The notes: a model not told the origin generated them from the sequence alone. Shown: positions 43,430 to 54,053, counted from the first letter of the stretch. The stretch: DNA of 64,000 bases from a bacterium (GCA_963693055.1 OY843751.1:1-64000); one strand, 5' to 3'. Numbers and translations are program-made.

Positions 43430-43532
43430 ATCGCGATTGATATTCATGTATAGCGAGCGGGATATTAGATTGGGACGTTCGTCCCATAGCAGATGATCAG
43501 CAATGGTGGTTTCTTTTGAATTGCAGCCTTGG
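43430..43532. repeat. 103-bp direct repeat, copy 2
   Basis: Matches 41896-41998; supplies the last 11 codons and the stop of the adjacent BNR gene. Confidence 0.92.
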
Positions 43533-44876
43533 GCTTTCCTGCACCATAACAGCAAGTATACTACTCTTTTTCCATCGATAATAATCCCCCAACATCTCAT
43601 TGTGAAAAGGGCCCTCTTCTGAATGAACTGTTTTCCAGTCCGACCATTTGTTTGAAGCTTGTGTACCCATGATGACGAGTTTTCCATCTTTTTCAAAGAT
43701 CAGGTATGCGTTGTCAGCCTTGTCCATAAACAGTTTAGGACGGTTCCCCGCAATTCCGGGAAGCTCTGTTTGTTTCCACGTTCCATCTGCCATGCGCCAG
43801 TAATGAAAGTAGCGACGAGCTTCCGGTTTTCCCCATATGTGCTCACCCGGCTCGCTATCAGCAGCTTTTAGAGAGGCTTTAGTACAATGCCACATTACTG
43901 TATGAATACGTCCTTGTGAATCAACTGCCTGGCCATGGGTATTCATCAGTGCATATCTACGGTCAATTTTGAATACGGTTATACCCGGGGAATCAACTCT
44001 GGGAGGACCGTTAATGGCTTGGCCGGCATTGTTTAACCATGTGTTACCCCGATCTTTACTATAGACATAGATAAGGTCATGGTTTGCACCCTGGCTGCTT
44101 TCCCGCCAGACCCAGGTCGCATGCAAATATCCCTTTGGGCCATAGGTGTAGCCGTTTGGGTAGGAACAACGGGAATCGCTGGAACCCAGTGCATCTGTAA
44201 AAGTCCCTTTTGAAGAATCAATTTGATGTGTATTCTCCCACAACCCGGTTTGGGGATTATAATCCACCAACATTCGATCACCATTGCCCGACCCTCGTAG
44301 CCGATAACAGAATTGCAAATCACCATCGGGCGTTTGCCAGAATTGGGGATAGGTTATTTTAATTTTTTTGTTCTTTTCCAGTTCTGGCAGGATCGGACTA
44401 AAAAGAGAGGACTCCCATTAGGTTGTTTCAGGATTGTTGGCAATCCCCTTTTGGGAAATCCGGTAGTGCAGTAAATCTCCATGGTGGTCAAAAGCCATGT
44501 GAATCGTTCCGTCATTTGGGCAAATGCCAATAGAGATCGTATTGTGGGCGTCATTGCTCTTGAATTGATAATCATTGAAACGTATGGTCTCCCAGGGACC
44601 ACCCGGCAGTTTACGTCTGGCGATACAGACCTGCCGATAGCCATCATAGTAGCCTATATACTGGTAATCTTTGTGCGAAATAATTGCATCCTGCTGAAAA
44701 GAGCACCCGTTAATCGCATTTCCATACCTTGCCTCTCCGAACTTTTTGTCGCCAAGGTTCAGTGCATTTGCATCAACAAGCGAATTGTCTGCCTTTATGA
44801 CAAGAGATTCCGCCATTGCTGGTATTGACATCAAAGTGATTAGTATAGTCAAGTAGAAAAGGTTTCTAATTGTCAT
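43497..44876 (-). pseudogene. BNR-repeat (BNR_4-like) glycan-active protein with in-frame TAA
   Basis: ORFs 44418-44876 and 43497-44318 are in the same frame, split by one TAA at 44418-44420 (NPETT*WESSLF..ITYPQFWQTPDG); DAHNTISIG and FDHH motifs. Confidence 0.8.
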
Positions 44877-44909
44877 TCAATTCTCCATAGATAACGATCA
44901 AGCGGCCTG

Positions 44910-47276
44910 TCAAAATTTGACAATAGTGCTTTTACCTGTTGTGAGGTCCAATTGTTCAATTTTATTGCCGTATCTCACTATACAGGGTTTGCCTGCAAGT
45001 GAGTGAATGACCGCTTTCAAGAGCTTACCATCTCTCCATTCAATATCCACAACAAAGCCATCGCGCGCTTTTAATCCTTGAACTGACCCTGTTGCCCATT
45101 CCTGTGGTAATGCCGGCAGCAGATGTATTTCGTTTGCGTGGCTTTGGAGAAGCATCTCGGCTATTCCTGCCGAGCCGCCGAAATTGCCATCAATCTGAAA
45201 TACCCTGCCCGGCCAGCACGCATCCATCAGGTTTGGAAATCCATTGCGGCTGATCAGTCTATTGATATAGAAATGTGCCTGTTCCGGATCGCCAAGTCGC
45301 GCAAAGAAGCTTGTCTTCCATGCATTGCTCCAGCCGACATCTCCCCCAAATCCACGGCGGTCCAGTGTTTTGCGAGCAGCGGCAAACAGCTTTTCCTGTT
45401 TTGGTTGGATAGTAGAGAACGGATATAATCCCAGCAGGTGCGAGACATGCCGGTGCTTTGGATCTTGTTCTTGATAGTCTTTTATCCATTCCTGGATGGT
45501 GCCGTCCGCACTGATCATCATCGGCGGCAGTTTTTTCAAAGCAGTTTCCAGTTCACTCCTGAATGTTTGGTCAGTATTTAGGATTGTTGATCCACTGATT
45601 ACAGCATCGAACACCACCTTGACCAGAGTCATATGGTACGTTGATCCTCGTGTAATCCTTACAGGCTTTTTCGTCTCCGGGTGGATGTACTCGTTCTCTG
45701 GTGAAGTTGAAGGCACAATTACAAGATATCCGTCTTTATCTGTTCGCATATAATCTAAAAGGAACCTGGCCGCCCCTTTGAGGATTGGATAGGCCTTTTG
45801 TTTCAGGAATACCTCGTCCTGTGTAAATTCGTAATGACGCCACAACGTCATTGCCATCCATGCACCTGCAAGAGGATCCAGAAAACCATTTTGAAACTGT
45901 GAACCCGGATTTGATCCACTTCCCGTAGTTCTCCCAAAAGGATTTGTCGCTGTATATGATATCCAGCCATCCGAGCCATACAATGTTTTTGCCGAAACCT
46001 TTCCTTTCTCTGTCAAGAGTTCAAACCAGTCCACTAGTGGATCGATCGTTTCGGAAAGATTACAGAGATCAACCGGCCAATAATTCATTTGAAGATTGAT
46101 GTTGAGATGATAGTCTGATTCCCATGGGGCCCACATTTCTTCGTTCCAGAGCCCCTGTAGATTTAGAGGCAGCCGGCCCGGTCGGCGTGATCCGCTCATC
46201 AGCAGGTAACGACCGTACTGAAAGTACAATGTCACCAAGCCGGGATCATTCGTTCCTTCTTTTAACGCTGCGAGCCGTTTGTCCGTAGAAAGTTTGTTGT
46301 TTGCTGATGTCCCGAGATCAAGTTGTACCCGTTCCATAATCGGACGATGTTCTTTTTCGTGATCGGTTTTAACTTCTTTCCACGTTTTTTTTGCAGCTTT
46401 TTTTAGAATAGTGTCTGCTGTTTTGCCAGGGTCTATTGATCGGTCGAAATTCATTTTTTTGAGGTTATAATCCGTTGTCCCGGTAAACAACAATAGCGCT
46501 TCATCTGCTTTATCTATAATCAGCCTGTCGTTCTCTGCTCTGACAGTACCCCCCGTTGCTTTTACAATCAACCGGCCGGCGAATTTCATGTGTGGTCCAC
46601 CCGGTCCTGATCCGCCCGCATTGTCATCAAATGCCTCAGGTGCTTCAATATCTATTATCTGGCCGTCCATCTTTAATATATTGTTTTCTGTACTCAACTG
46701 CATATCCTTCTTTCGTGTCAACGTCACCGACGTACTGACAGCTCCGGTTTTGTCTGCAGAGAGTCTTATCGCAATCACATCATCAACAGCAGATATCAGA
46801 ATGTCACGTTTATAGGAAATGCCACCGGCCTTGTACTGAACAGTGGCAATACCGCTGATCAGATCCAGCTCGCGTTTATATTCTGTGATTTCCGGGGCGT
46901 GATGAAATTCCAGTTGCAGGTCGGCAAGCGGTTCATATGATCTGAACGATGTCGGTTTTTTAACCATCGTTTTGTGACCAAAGGCGCTGGCCTCTGCAAT
47001 TTTTCCTTCAAGGACCATATCCTGTAATTGTACAAGGTTCTCTTTGAAATTATCGGGATATGTGTCGAACGGCTCTCCAGCCCAAAGGCTTTCTTCGTTT
47101 AACTGAAGGCGCTCATTTAATACACCGCCAAAAACCATCGCTCCCATTCGCCCATTACCTAGAGGCAGGGCTTTTGCCCACTGGTTTGCCGGTTGTTCAT
47201 ACCATAGGATTGTTTCTGATCCGTAGGCAGAAATTAATGCAGCAAAGAGGATGGATATTAGAATATAGCGTTTCAC
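44910..47276 (-). CDS. Glycoside hydrolase family 95 (alpha-L-fucosidase-like)
   Basis: ALPLGNGRMGAM, FQYGRYLL, DYHLNINLQMNYW, SPEN, HRHVSHL, FQIDGNFG. Confidence 0.95.
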   Translation of the reverse strand: MKRYILISILFAALISAYGSETILWYEQPANQWAKALPLGNGRMGAMVFGGVLNERLQLNEESLWAGEPFDTYPDNFKENLVQLQDMVLEGKIAEASAFGHKTMVKKPTSFRSYEPLADLQLEFHHAPEITEYKRELDLISGIATVQYKAGGISYKRDILISAVDDVIAIRLSADKTGAVSTSVTLTRKKDMQLSTENNILKMDGQIIDIEAPEAFDDNAGGSGPGGPHMKFAGRLIVKATGGTVRAENDRLIIDKADEALLLFTGTTDYNLKKMNFDRSIDPGKTADTILKKAAKKTWKEVKTDHEKEHRPIMERVQLDLGTSANNKLSTDKRLAALKEGTNDPGLVTLYFQYGRYLLMSGSRRPGRLPLNLQGLWNEEMWAPWESDYHLNINLQMNYWPVDLCNLSETIDPLVDWFELLTEKGKVSAKTLYGSDGWISYTATNPFGRTTGSGSNPGSQFQNGFLDPLAGAWMAMTLWRHYEFTQDEVFLKQKAYPILKGAARFLLDYMRTDKDGYLVIVPSTSPENEYIHPETKKPVRITRGSTYHMTLVKVVFDAVISGSTILNTDQTFRSELETALKKLPPMMISADGTIQEWIKDYQEQDPKHRHVSHLLGLYPFSTIQPKQEKLFAAARKTLDRRGFGGDVGWSNAWKTSFFARLGDPEQAHFYINRLISRNGFPNLMDACWPGRVFQIDGNFGGSAGIAEMLLQSHANEIHLLPALPQEWATGSVQGLKARDGFVVDIEWRDGKLLKAVIHSLAGKPCIVRYGNKIEQLDLTTGKSTIVKF

Positions 47277-47347
47277 GGTATTGTCCTTTCAGTGTTTTTT
47301 TGCCAGGCATCATAAGGTGCATGGCAAATATCAAGTAGAAATGTTTT

Positions 47348-48787
47348 TTATTCCTTTACATCAACTATCACCCGCTGATAGCGAGTTAACCTCGGGGTGC
47401 CATGATCAGTGACAGCCAGGATGATATGCATAGTACCGGTGCCCGGCGGCATGACCCTGCTTGCAGGCACGGTAAACGATGCCTGCGGTTGGTCAAAATT
47501 TTGGATTGCTATCGGCTGTCCGGTACGCGCGCTTGATGCCGGAAAGGTGCCCGCTTCGTTATAGTAAAACCAGTTGTACGACAGCGCGTCACCGTCAGGG
47601 TCGCTGCAGTTTGTTGCAGCGAGTTTTATGACATCACCCTTTTTTGCGATCATTTGCGCGGGGTGGTCCAGTTTTACGATTGGGGGATGATTGGCCTCAG
47701 CATAAGGCTTGATGGTCCAGTCCATTCTTGCCGCAAAATCATTCTGATACGCTTCACGCCAGCGCCAGATGGTAGCGTGATTGTCGGTGTGCCAGCGGTT
47801 ATCAATGCCCAAAACTTCGTCATCCGCATCGGTCCAAAAGGGACGCGTTTCGGGATAGAGAAACCATTTTTGAATGCGTGGTGTGTAAAGCTCATAGCGA
47901 CCGCCCCAGCCGCCCCAGTTGGGATGCTCGGCATCGCTCAGGCCATTGTTGACAAGATTGAGAAATGACGGCGTATCACCTTCCATCAGGAATTCCCATA
48001 AAGGATACTCGGCGCCCAGGGGGCCTTTGCGCCGGATGTTGCGGTCCAGCCATTCGTTGGTCACCAGCATAAAGTCCGCACCTGAGAATCGACCGTGAAA
48101 ATAGTCGCCGCTGATCCCGCTCCAGGTTGCGTGATGGTACGCACCGCCGGCGTTGAATCCGGGACTCGCAATATAGAACAGATTGGGGAATTCCTTGCGC
48201 AGCCAGGGACCGCTATTATCCTGATCGGATATGGTATATACTCTTAATTTAGCAACAAATTTGTCCAGTTCTTTTGCGGAGCGGGTTTCCCGCACTTTCC
48301 ACAATGCCTGTGCGAGCACATTGGGTCCGCCCCAGACCGTCACCCAGAGAGGACGCGGATCGTCACGGTCCACGGCTTTGATCAGCATTTCAGAACCGGG
48401 CGAGTCTTTGCCCTTGCCCACAGCATCAATGCCGTATTCCGGCAGTCCTTCGCTAACCACGGACAAGAGCTGTTCATCCGTAGGGTAACCGGGCTCGTGC
48501 AGTTCCAGGTTGTCACGGACCTTGCCATATGCTTCAACAATCCTGCGGATGCGCTGCGGCGCGGTACGGTTTTGCTGGTGAATGGATGTAGTAGCAATCA
48601 ACCCTTCGATATCGAATTGATTGGCATAGGTGAGAAACCGCACCATGGACATGGCATCATCGGGTTCGTTTTCAATATCGGTCAAAACAAATACCCGAGG
48701 TTTTTCTGCGGCGGTTGCAAGAGTGCTGAAAAAAATGAAAATAAAAGTGAAAAATATTGTTCTCTTTTTGAAAATTAAATCAATCAT
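47348..48787 (-). CDS. DUF1593 nucleoside hydrolase-like secreted protein
   Basis: [40 protein letters not shown]; ATG 48787 after GGAGG. Confidence 0.88.
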   Translation of the reverse strand: MIDLIFKKRTIFFTFIFIFFSTLATAAEKPRVFVLTDIENEPDDAMSMVRFLTYANQFDIEGLIATTSIHQQNRTAPQRIRRIVEAYGKVRDNLELHEPGYPTDEQLLSVVSEGLPEYGIDAVGKGKDSPGSEMLIKAVDRDDPRPLWVTVWGGPNVLAQALWKVRETRSAKELDKFVAKLRVYTISDQDNSGPWLRKEFPNLFYIASPGFNAGGAYHHATWSGISGDYFHGRFSGADFMLVTNEWLDRNIRRKGPLGAEYPLWEFLMEGDTPSFLNLVNNGLSDAEHPNWGGWGGRYELYTPRIQKWFLYPETRPFWTDADDEVLGIDNRWHTDNHATIWRWREAYQNDFAARMDWTIKPYAEANHPPIVKLDHPAQMIAKKGDVIKLAATNCSDPDGDALSYNWFYYNEAGTFPASSARTGQPIAIQNFDQPQASFTVPASRVMPPGTGTMHIILAVTDHGTPRLTRYQRVIVDVKE

Positions 48788-48903
48788 AAGTATATCCTCC
48801 ATTTACTACAGGTGATTGGGATATTTTTGTATAATGAATATAATATGTTGATGGGTGGACACATGGGCCCGCCCTTGCAATACATTTTCGACAAAATGAT
48901 TTA

Positions 48904-50355
48904 TCAATCCATTGCAATGGGTTTGGGGCTGACTACAATGCCGGCGTGACGGACCTGTTCGCCGGGGCGGTCCTTGTCGCCCAAATCACGCCTGGCCCTT
49001 TCAGCAATGTCTAATAGTATTTCAACAACATCGGGATGCTGTTCTGCGATGTTGTTGCTTTCGGCAATATCTTCTTCCAGATTATAAAGTTCCAGTTCCG
49101 ACGGGACGGTATCAAGAAGGTGCACTGCTTTGTATTTATTTTCAAGGGGCAGGTGCAGTTTCCAGGGACCGGAGCGCAGGGCCTGAAGCTGGTCTTTTTG
49201 ATAATAGTAAAATACCTGGTGCGGAGTTCTTGCTCCCGGATTGCCAAAGATGAGGGAATGGATGTCTTTACCATCGATGATCCTGTCCTGCGGTGGTGTA
49301 GTGCCCGATAGTGTGCATAGAGTTGGAAGCAGGTCCATGGTAGAGGTTAATTCATTACACTCGCGGTTTTGCGGGATTTTACCTGTCCATTTCATAATAC
49401 AGGGAACGCGCATGCCTCCCTCCAGGGTACTGCCTTTCCAGCCTTTTAGTGGCAGATTATTACCGCCATAACTGGGAGACGCACCATTATCCGAAGTAAA
49501 GAAAACCAGGGTGTTTTCATCCAAACCCAATTCTTTCAAGGTGTTTAGGATCTGTCCGGTTGACCAGTCGATCTCTTCAACGGCGTCACCGTATCCATTG
49601 TTGGCGGATTTCCCCTGAAAGGCTTTACTGGCATGTACGGGATTATGCGGCATGGCGTGCGGCAGGTACAGGAAAAAAGGATTGTCTTTGTTTTTGTTAA
49701 TAAATTCTATGGCCTTTTCCGTATAACGTTTGGTGATGGTATTCTGGTCCACCGGTGCCTCTATTACCTTTTCATTCAGCATGAGGGGGAGTGGCGGATT
49801 GATATTAAACTGTTGCGAACCCATGTCGTTACTGTAGGGAATACCATAATAAAGATCGAATCCCTGTTTTGTTGGCAGGAATTCGGGCTGGTCTCCCAGA
49901 TGCCACTTGCCGATGCAGGCAGTGGCGTATCCCTTGGGTTTAAGCAGCTCGGCAATGGTGATCTCGTTGGGATTGAGTCCCTTTTTGGCAACCGGGAACA
50001 GGACCTGGCGCATTTTGTTTTTCCCAACCGGTTCGGCGTTCATGTTCATATCCACGCGCTGTGAATAGCAACCGGTCATTAAACTGGAGCGGGAGGGAGA
50101 ACACACACCGCTGGAGACATAAAAACTGGTGAATTTGGTACCGGCCTTTGCCATGGCATCGAGATTGGGGGTACGATGCAGTTTAGAGCCAAAGCAGCCC
50201 ACGTCCCCGTAACCCAGATCATCGCAAAAGATTATGATGAAATTCGGCAGTTTGGGTGATTGGGTTATACAATGAGCAGATAATAGAGACCCACCAATAC
50301 ATCCGGCACTTAGGGATTTGAGAAATGACCTGCGGGAAGTGATTGCATTTGGCAT
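48904..50355 (-). CDS. Tat-exported formylglycine-dependent sulfatase
   Basis: SRRSFLK Tat motif, DDLGYGD, CSPSR, GKWHLG, SDNG. Confidence 0.95.
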   Translation of the reverse strand: MPNAITSRRSFLKSLSAGCIGGSLLSAHCITQSPKLPNFIIIFCDDLGYGDVGCFGSKLHRTPNLDAMAKAGTKFTSFYVSSGVCSPSRSSLMTGCYSQRVDMNMNAEPVGKNKMRQVLFPVAKKGLNPNEITIAELLKPKGYATACIGKWHLGDQPEFLPTKQGFDLYYGIPYSNDMGSQQFNINPPLPLMLNEKVIEAPVDQNTITKRYTEKAIEFINKNKDNPFFLYLPHAMPHNPVHASKAFQGKSANNGYGDAVEEIDWSTGQILNTLKELGLDENTLVFFTSDNGASPSYGGNNLPLKGWKGSTLEGGMRVPCIMKWTGKIPQNRECNELTSTMDLLPTLCTLSGTTPPQDRIIDGKDIHSLIFGNPGARTPHQVFYYYQKDQLQALRSGPWKLHLPLENKYKAVHLLDTVPSELELYNLEEDIAESNNIAEQHPDVVEILLDIAERARRDLGDKDRPGEQVRHAGIVVSPKPIAMD

Positions 50356-50394
50356 GGGAAAATCCTTATATTATTGTATCCATTTGGATATATT

Positions 50395-50423
50395 AACATA
50401 TTGTTTCAGAACCTAAAATGCAA
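50395..50423 (-). promoter_or_regulatory. Sigma70-type promoter for the sulfatase
   Basis: TTGCAT-N17-TATGTT on the minus strand. Confidence 0.45.
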
Positions 50424-50449
50424 TGAAATAGTGAAAAAAGGAGCCTGAT

Positions 50450-51217
50450 TTGAAATCGCGTCCATATATACTCAAAGAAGTGCAGTACAAGACTGTAAAA
50501 GCAACGGATTACAATGTTGCTATTTTACCATGGGGTGCCACCGAGGCGCACAATCTCCATTTACCCTATGGTACCGATGTGATTGAAAGCGAGTACATTT
50601 GCGCCGAAGCCGCACGCATAGCCTGGGATGCCGGAGCCAAAGTGATGGTGTTACCGGCTGTGCCCTTTGGTGTGAATACCGGTCAACTGGATATCCCCTT
50701 TGATATCAACATGAATCCTTCAACGCAAATGGCAGTGCTATATGATATTCTCGTATCGCTGGCGAATCAACAAATCCCCAAGGTGGTGATTGTAAACAGT
50801 CATGGCGGTAATGATTTTAAACAGATAATACGAGAGCTGCAGCCGCGTCTGCCAGAAATGTTTATTACCATGCTGAGCTGGTACAAGATTCTGGATCTTG
50901 AAGATTATTTTGACGATACCGGCGACCACGGTTCAGAACTGGAGACCAGCATCATGATGCAGATGGCGCCGGATCTGATTTTGCCATTGGAAGAGGCCGG
51001 AGACGGCAATGCCAAACAGTTCAAGTTCAAAGCAATGCAAGAGGGCTGGGCCTGGGCACAACGGGAGTGGTCAGAAGTGACCGAGGACACGGGTATCGGC
51101 AATCCGAAAAAAGCCACGCTTGAAAAAGGCCAGCGCTACCTGAACGACCTGCTGCCCAAGATCGCTGAATATTTCATCGAGCTGGATGCATGCAAGTTTG
51201 ACGAATGGTATGAGTGA
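50450..51217 (+). CDS. Creatininase family amidohydrolase
   Basis: PWGATEAH..HLPYGTD, NSHGGN, DHGSELETS. Confidence 0.92.
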   Translation: MKSRPYILKEVQYKTVKATDYNVAILPWGATEAHNLHLPYGTDVIESEYICAEAARIAWDAGAKVMVLPAVPFGVNTGQLDIPFDINMNPSTQMAVLYDILVSLANQQIPKVVIVNSHGGNDFKQIIRELQPRLPEMFITMLSWYKILDLEDYFDDTGDHGSELETSIMMQMAPDLILPLEEAGDGNAKQFKFKAMQEGWAWAQREWSEVTEDTGIGNPKKATLEKGQRYLNDLLPKIAEYFIELDACKFDEWYE

Positions 51218-51255
51218 TTTTTGTCTGAATCAAGATGGATGAGATTAAGATAGTG

Positions 51256-51288
51256 ATTTGCCCGGCACCTCCAAGGTGCCGGGCAAAT
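51256..51288. repeat. REP-like palindrome or bidirectional terminator between convergent genes
   Basis: ATTTGCCCGGCACCT-CCA-AGGTGCCGGGCAAAT 15-bp perfect stem. Confidence 0.7.
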
Positions 51289-51367
51289 GTATCGAAAGAC
51301 AGGAATGTGTTTATTTATCCGCGTTTATCTGCGTGCATCGAGCAAAGCGGGCGGTTAATTTTTTGCT

Positions 51368-52618
51368 TTACGCCATCAAATTCAGTTTAACAATATGCAA
51401 CTGCCGGGTACCGTCGCTGGCAATACCGTCAAAGCAGATCTGGTTGCCGCTGCGGTTCCAGCGGGGGTGTAGATCGCAGCGCAGGTCTCCTCTGAAAAAG
51501 AGACGCTCACGCATGTTGATGCGCCCCATTTCAATAAACTCGCGGGTTTCGAGATTGTAGAGATTAATGGATTTCTCCAGAGTTTCATCCAGATTGCGGT
51601 CGGTCACCATCCAGTTTTTATCGGGACCAAAGGAGCAGTGCCCATCAAAGTCCAGCATACCACCACCAAGGTGTTCAAAATGGTTATCCCCGTCTGTTAA
51701 GAGAAAATGCGCCCTTCCCGGAGTATTGTGAATAAACGTGGCCACAATTTCGGTATCATTGCGCCAGTCAAAATGGGAAACGCTAGAGCCATAAGGCACC
51801 ACCTCGGTGAGGTTGCCGCCGTCCGTATCCGCGGCAAACATGCCGGTTTCGAGTCTGCCATTGTCTTGTCGGATGCGCGCCAGAAAAAAGAAGCGGGTGT
51901 CTGAGGGATTAAAAACCACATGATTGAACCACAAGTGTTTTTCTTTCAGCTCCGGATGTTTAGGCACCAGCATCTCGTACACCTGTTTAATGGAAACGAT
52001 CAGCTTTGTTTTACCGGTTTCAAGGTCCATCAGAAAAACACCGTCATTGTCCGGATGCGGATCGTTGGGATTCGGATCTATTGTTCCCGCGTAACCCACC
52101 ACTTTGCGCAAACGGCCCATTCGTCCATAAGTGAGGCAAAGGGCGTGTTTGCCCTGGTGTCCCATTGCGTTAACAGGGCGGGGTAAAACCTGGCGTTTTG
52201 ATGTGTGCAGATCATAGAATACAGAGACCAGTTCGCCCTTTTCTCGGTCGTTGAACAGGATTTTTGAATTGAGATGTGCGGGATGCCAGTACATCATTGC
52301 ACCCTGTTGAAAGTTCCATGCGTGGGTTTGCGTGACAGGAGAAAACGCGCCGGTTTTGGCATCTACCAAACCTATAACGGCGGCATCTTGAGGCTCTGGC
52401 ATATGGTCCTGAAAGGAACTCTGTAATGACAGTATTTGTGACTCTTTGCCGTTCCAGGGACAGATGCCATAATACCCGAAAAAATGGTTCTGTGGACCCG
52501 AGGTGAGTGTAGATATGGAATACCTGGGTCCTGTTTCAGTTTCAGGTGATGTACAACGCATAACTCCTCCCGACAATGCAGCCATAGCTGCAGTTTGGAT
52601 GAACTGGCGTCTTTTCAT
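51368..52618 (-). CDS. Tat-exported beta-propeller protein (oligogalacturonate lyase/TolB-like)
   Basis: KRRQFI Tat motif, HFFGYY, WNFQQG, DGHCSF, RCDLHPRW. Confidence 0.75.
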   Translation of the reverse strand: MKRRQFIQTAAMAALSGGVMRCTSPETETGPRYSISTLTSGPQNHFFGYYGICPWNGKESQILSLQSSFQDHMPEPQDAAVIGLVDAKTGAFSPVTQTHAWNFQQGAMMYWHPAHLNSKILFNDREKGELVSVFYDLHTSKRQVLPRPVNAMGHQGKHALCLTYGRMGRLRKVVGYAGTIDPNPNDPHPDNDGVFLMDLETGKTKLIVSIKQVYEMLVPKHPELKEKHLWFNHVVFNPSDTRFFFLARIRQDNGRLETGMFAADTDGGNLTEVVPYGSSVSHFDWRNDTEIVATFIHNTPGRAHFLLTDGDNHFEHLGGGMLDFDGHCSFGPDKNWMVTDRNLDETLEKSINLYNLETREFIEMGRINMRERLFFRGDLRCDLHPRWNRSGNQICFDGIASDGTRQLHIVKLNLMA

Positions 52619-52631
52619 GTCTGGCTCCGTT

Positions 52632-53312
52632 TTAGTAATTTTTTTTCAGCAAGGGTCCCACAATACTGTTCCAAAGTTCATACCCCTTTTCATTCAGGTG
52701 CAGTCCGTCATCCATAAACAGGTCCTGCATGGGTTTACCGTCTTTGCCAAACATGGGAGTAGCAATATCAACATAATACAGTGATTTAGACTCGTCCGAA
52801 TAGTCTTTAATCATTTTGTTGGTGGTTTCCATTGTTGGCCACATGTCCCATCGGGCGATACTGGGTTTAATGGGAACGTAAACGATCTTGGTTTTGGGGA
52901 ACTTTTTGTGCACGGTTTCTACAAAGGTTTTGTAATCGCTCAGTACCTGTTCAGGTGATTTTTTACCGGCAATATCATTGTCTCCGCAATAAAACACAAT
53001 GATTTTAGGACTGTATTTCATTACGACATCGTAGATGAAAAAGTTGACATCTGAAATATGCGCGCCTCCAAATCCACGATTAATGATGGGCAAGTCGGGA
53101 AATGCATCGTGACTCATCCACATACGGATGCTGGAACTGCCCGCGAACAAGATGGGGTCCTCGGGGAATGCGTTTTTTTGATCGTATTTGATAAAGGATT
53201 GAATGGCATCATCAAACCGATGGGGATCGGGATTTTCGACGGGAGTAAAGGCAAAAGATTGAAATGCCAGAAAGATAACGAGTAAAAGAGTAAAGAGCTT
53301 GAGCTTTTTCAT
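52632..53312 (-). CDS. SGNH/GDSL hydrolase family protein
   Basis: GSSSI, NRGFGG, GDND, DGLH blocks; signal peptide. Confidence 0.92.
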   Translation of the reverse strand: MKKLKLFTLLLVIFLAFQSFAFTPVENPDPHRFDDAIQSFIKYDQKNAFPEDPILFAGSSSIRMWMSHDAFPDLPIINRGFGGAHISDVNFFIYDVVMKYSPKIIVFYCGDNDIAGKKSPEQVLSDYKTFVETVHKKFPKTKIVYVPIKPSIARWDMWPTMETTNKMIKDYSDESKSLYYVDIATPMFGKDGKPMQDLFMDDGLHLNEKGYELWNSIVGPLLKKNY

Positions 53313-53433
53313 TGTGTGCTCCATTTTGATTCAATTTTATAAAAAAAGATAATAATTAAATCAATTGGATGAAACAGAAAAATATTTAATCTGTTTATGC
53401 TTATTGTTTAAAGCTGATTTTTGAGTATCAGGA

Positions 53434-53985
53434 TCAGCGGGAAAGGTGATAACCCACAGTTGCACAGGTTTGAGGTATGATCAACATTGGAATAATATTT
53501 TCAGTAGTTACACTTGCTTGTACTCCGACAGCAGTACCAATAATAGAAGAAAGAATTGTAACGGCGAGAGAGCCATCCAGTCCATTGCGTTGGCCGATTT
53601 TATATACTCCGGCAGTCATTCCTGTTATGTACCCCAATCCACCGCCAAAAACCAGGCTTGCCAGACCAGGAAATTCATTTTGTTTGCTTCGGCTTTCAAT
53701 GATCAGTCCCACACCTGTTCCTACACATCCGCACAAGAAACCGATGATGGGGCTGGAAATAACCTGTTTGGAAAAAGTTTCGTCAATATTTTTATTTTGT
53801 TCAGATATCGCCGTTGTTGTATTTTCAATCGAAACAGATTATACATAGGAAAGATTGTTATCCGGATTAACAAAAACCAGATTGTTTGATCGGTTTAGAA
53901 CAGAGCTGTTAACCTGTGCTGTTAAAAATGCAGGAAATGATAAAAATATTAATACGGGCAATGCGCTAAAAAGAGTTCGGTTCAT
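53434..53985 (-). pseudogene. Exported or membrane hypothetical protein with in-frame TAA
   Basis: Frame from ATG 53985 (MNRTLFSALPVLIFL.. signal peptide) continues into ORF 53434-53736 except for TAA at 53839-53841. Confidence 0.6.
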
Positions 53986-54053
53986 ATTCTCTCTTTGATT
54001 GTTTGTTTGGGAAAGCGTAATAATATAAACGATTGACAGGTAATATACAAAGT

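Noticed and set aside
41896-43532. Integron attC cassette array
   Set aside because: The repeats lack clear RYYYAAC...GTTRRRY ends and a long imperfect stem, the enclosed gene has its own promoter, and no integrase is present.
43340-43696. 118-aa minus-strand ORF
   Set aside because: It is an alternative frame of the BNR gene running through the repeat and has no coherent protein features.
48824-48852. dif-like site (TATAATGAATATAATATGTTGAT) near the shift in gene orientation
   Set aside because: The XerD-like arm is offset by 2 bp and the XerC arm matches poorly; more likely AT-rich promoter sequence.
44418-53841. TAA reassignment as an explanation for two in-frame TAA stops
   Set aside because: TAA terminates many intact core genes here (purH, mreB, pdxS, secD, secF), so recoding is implausible.
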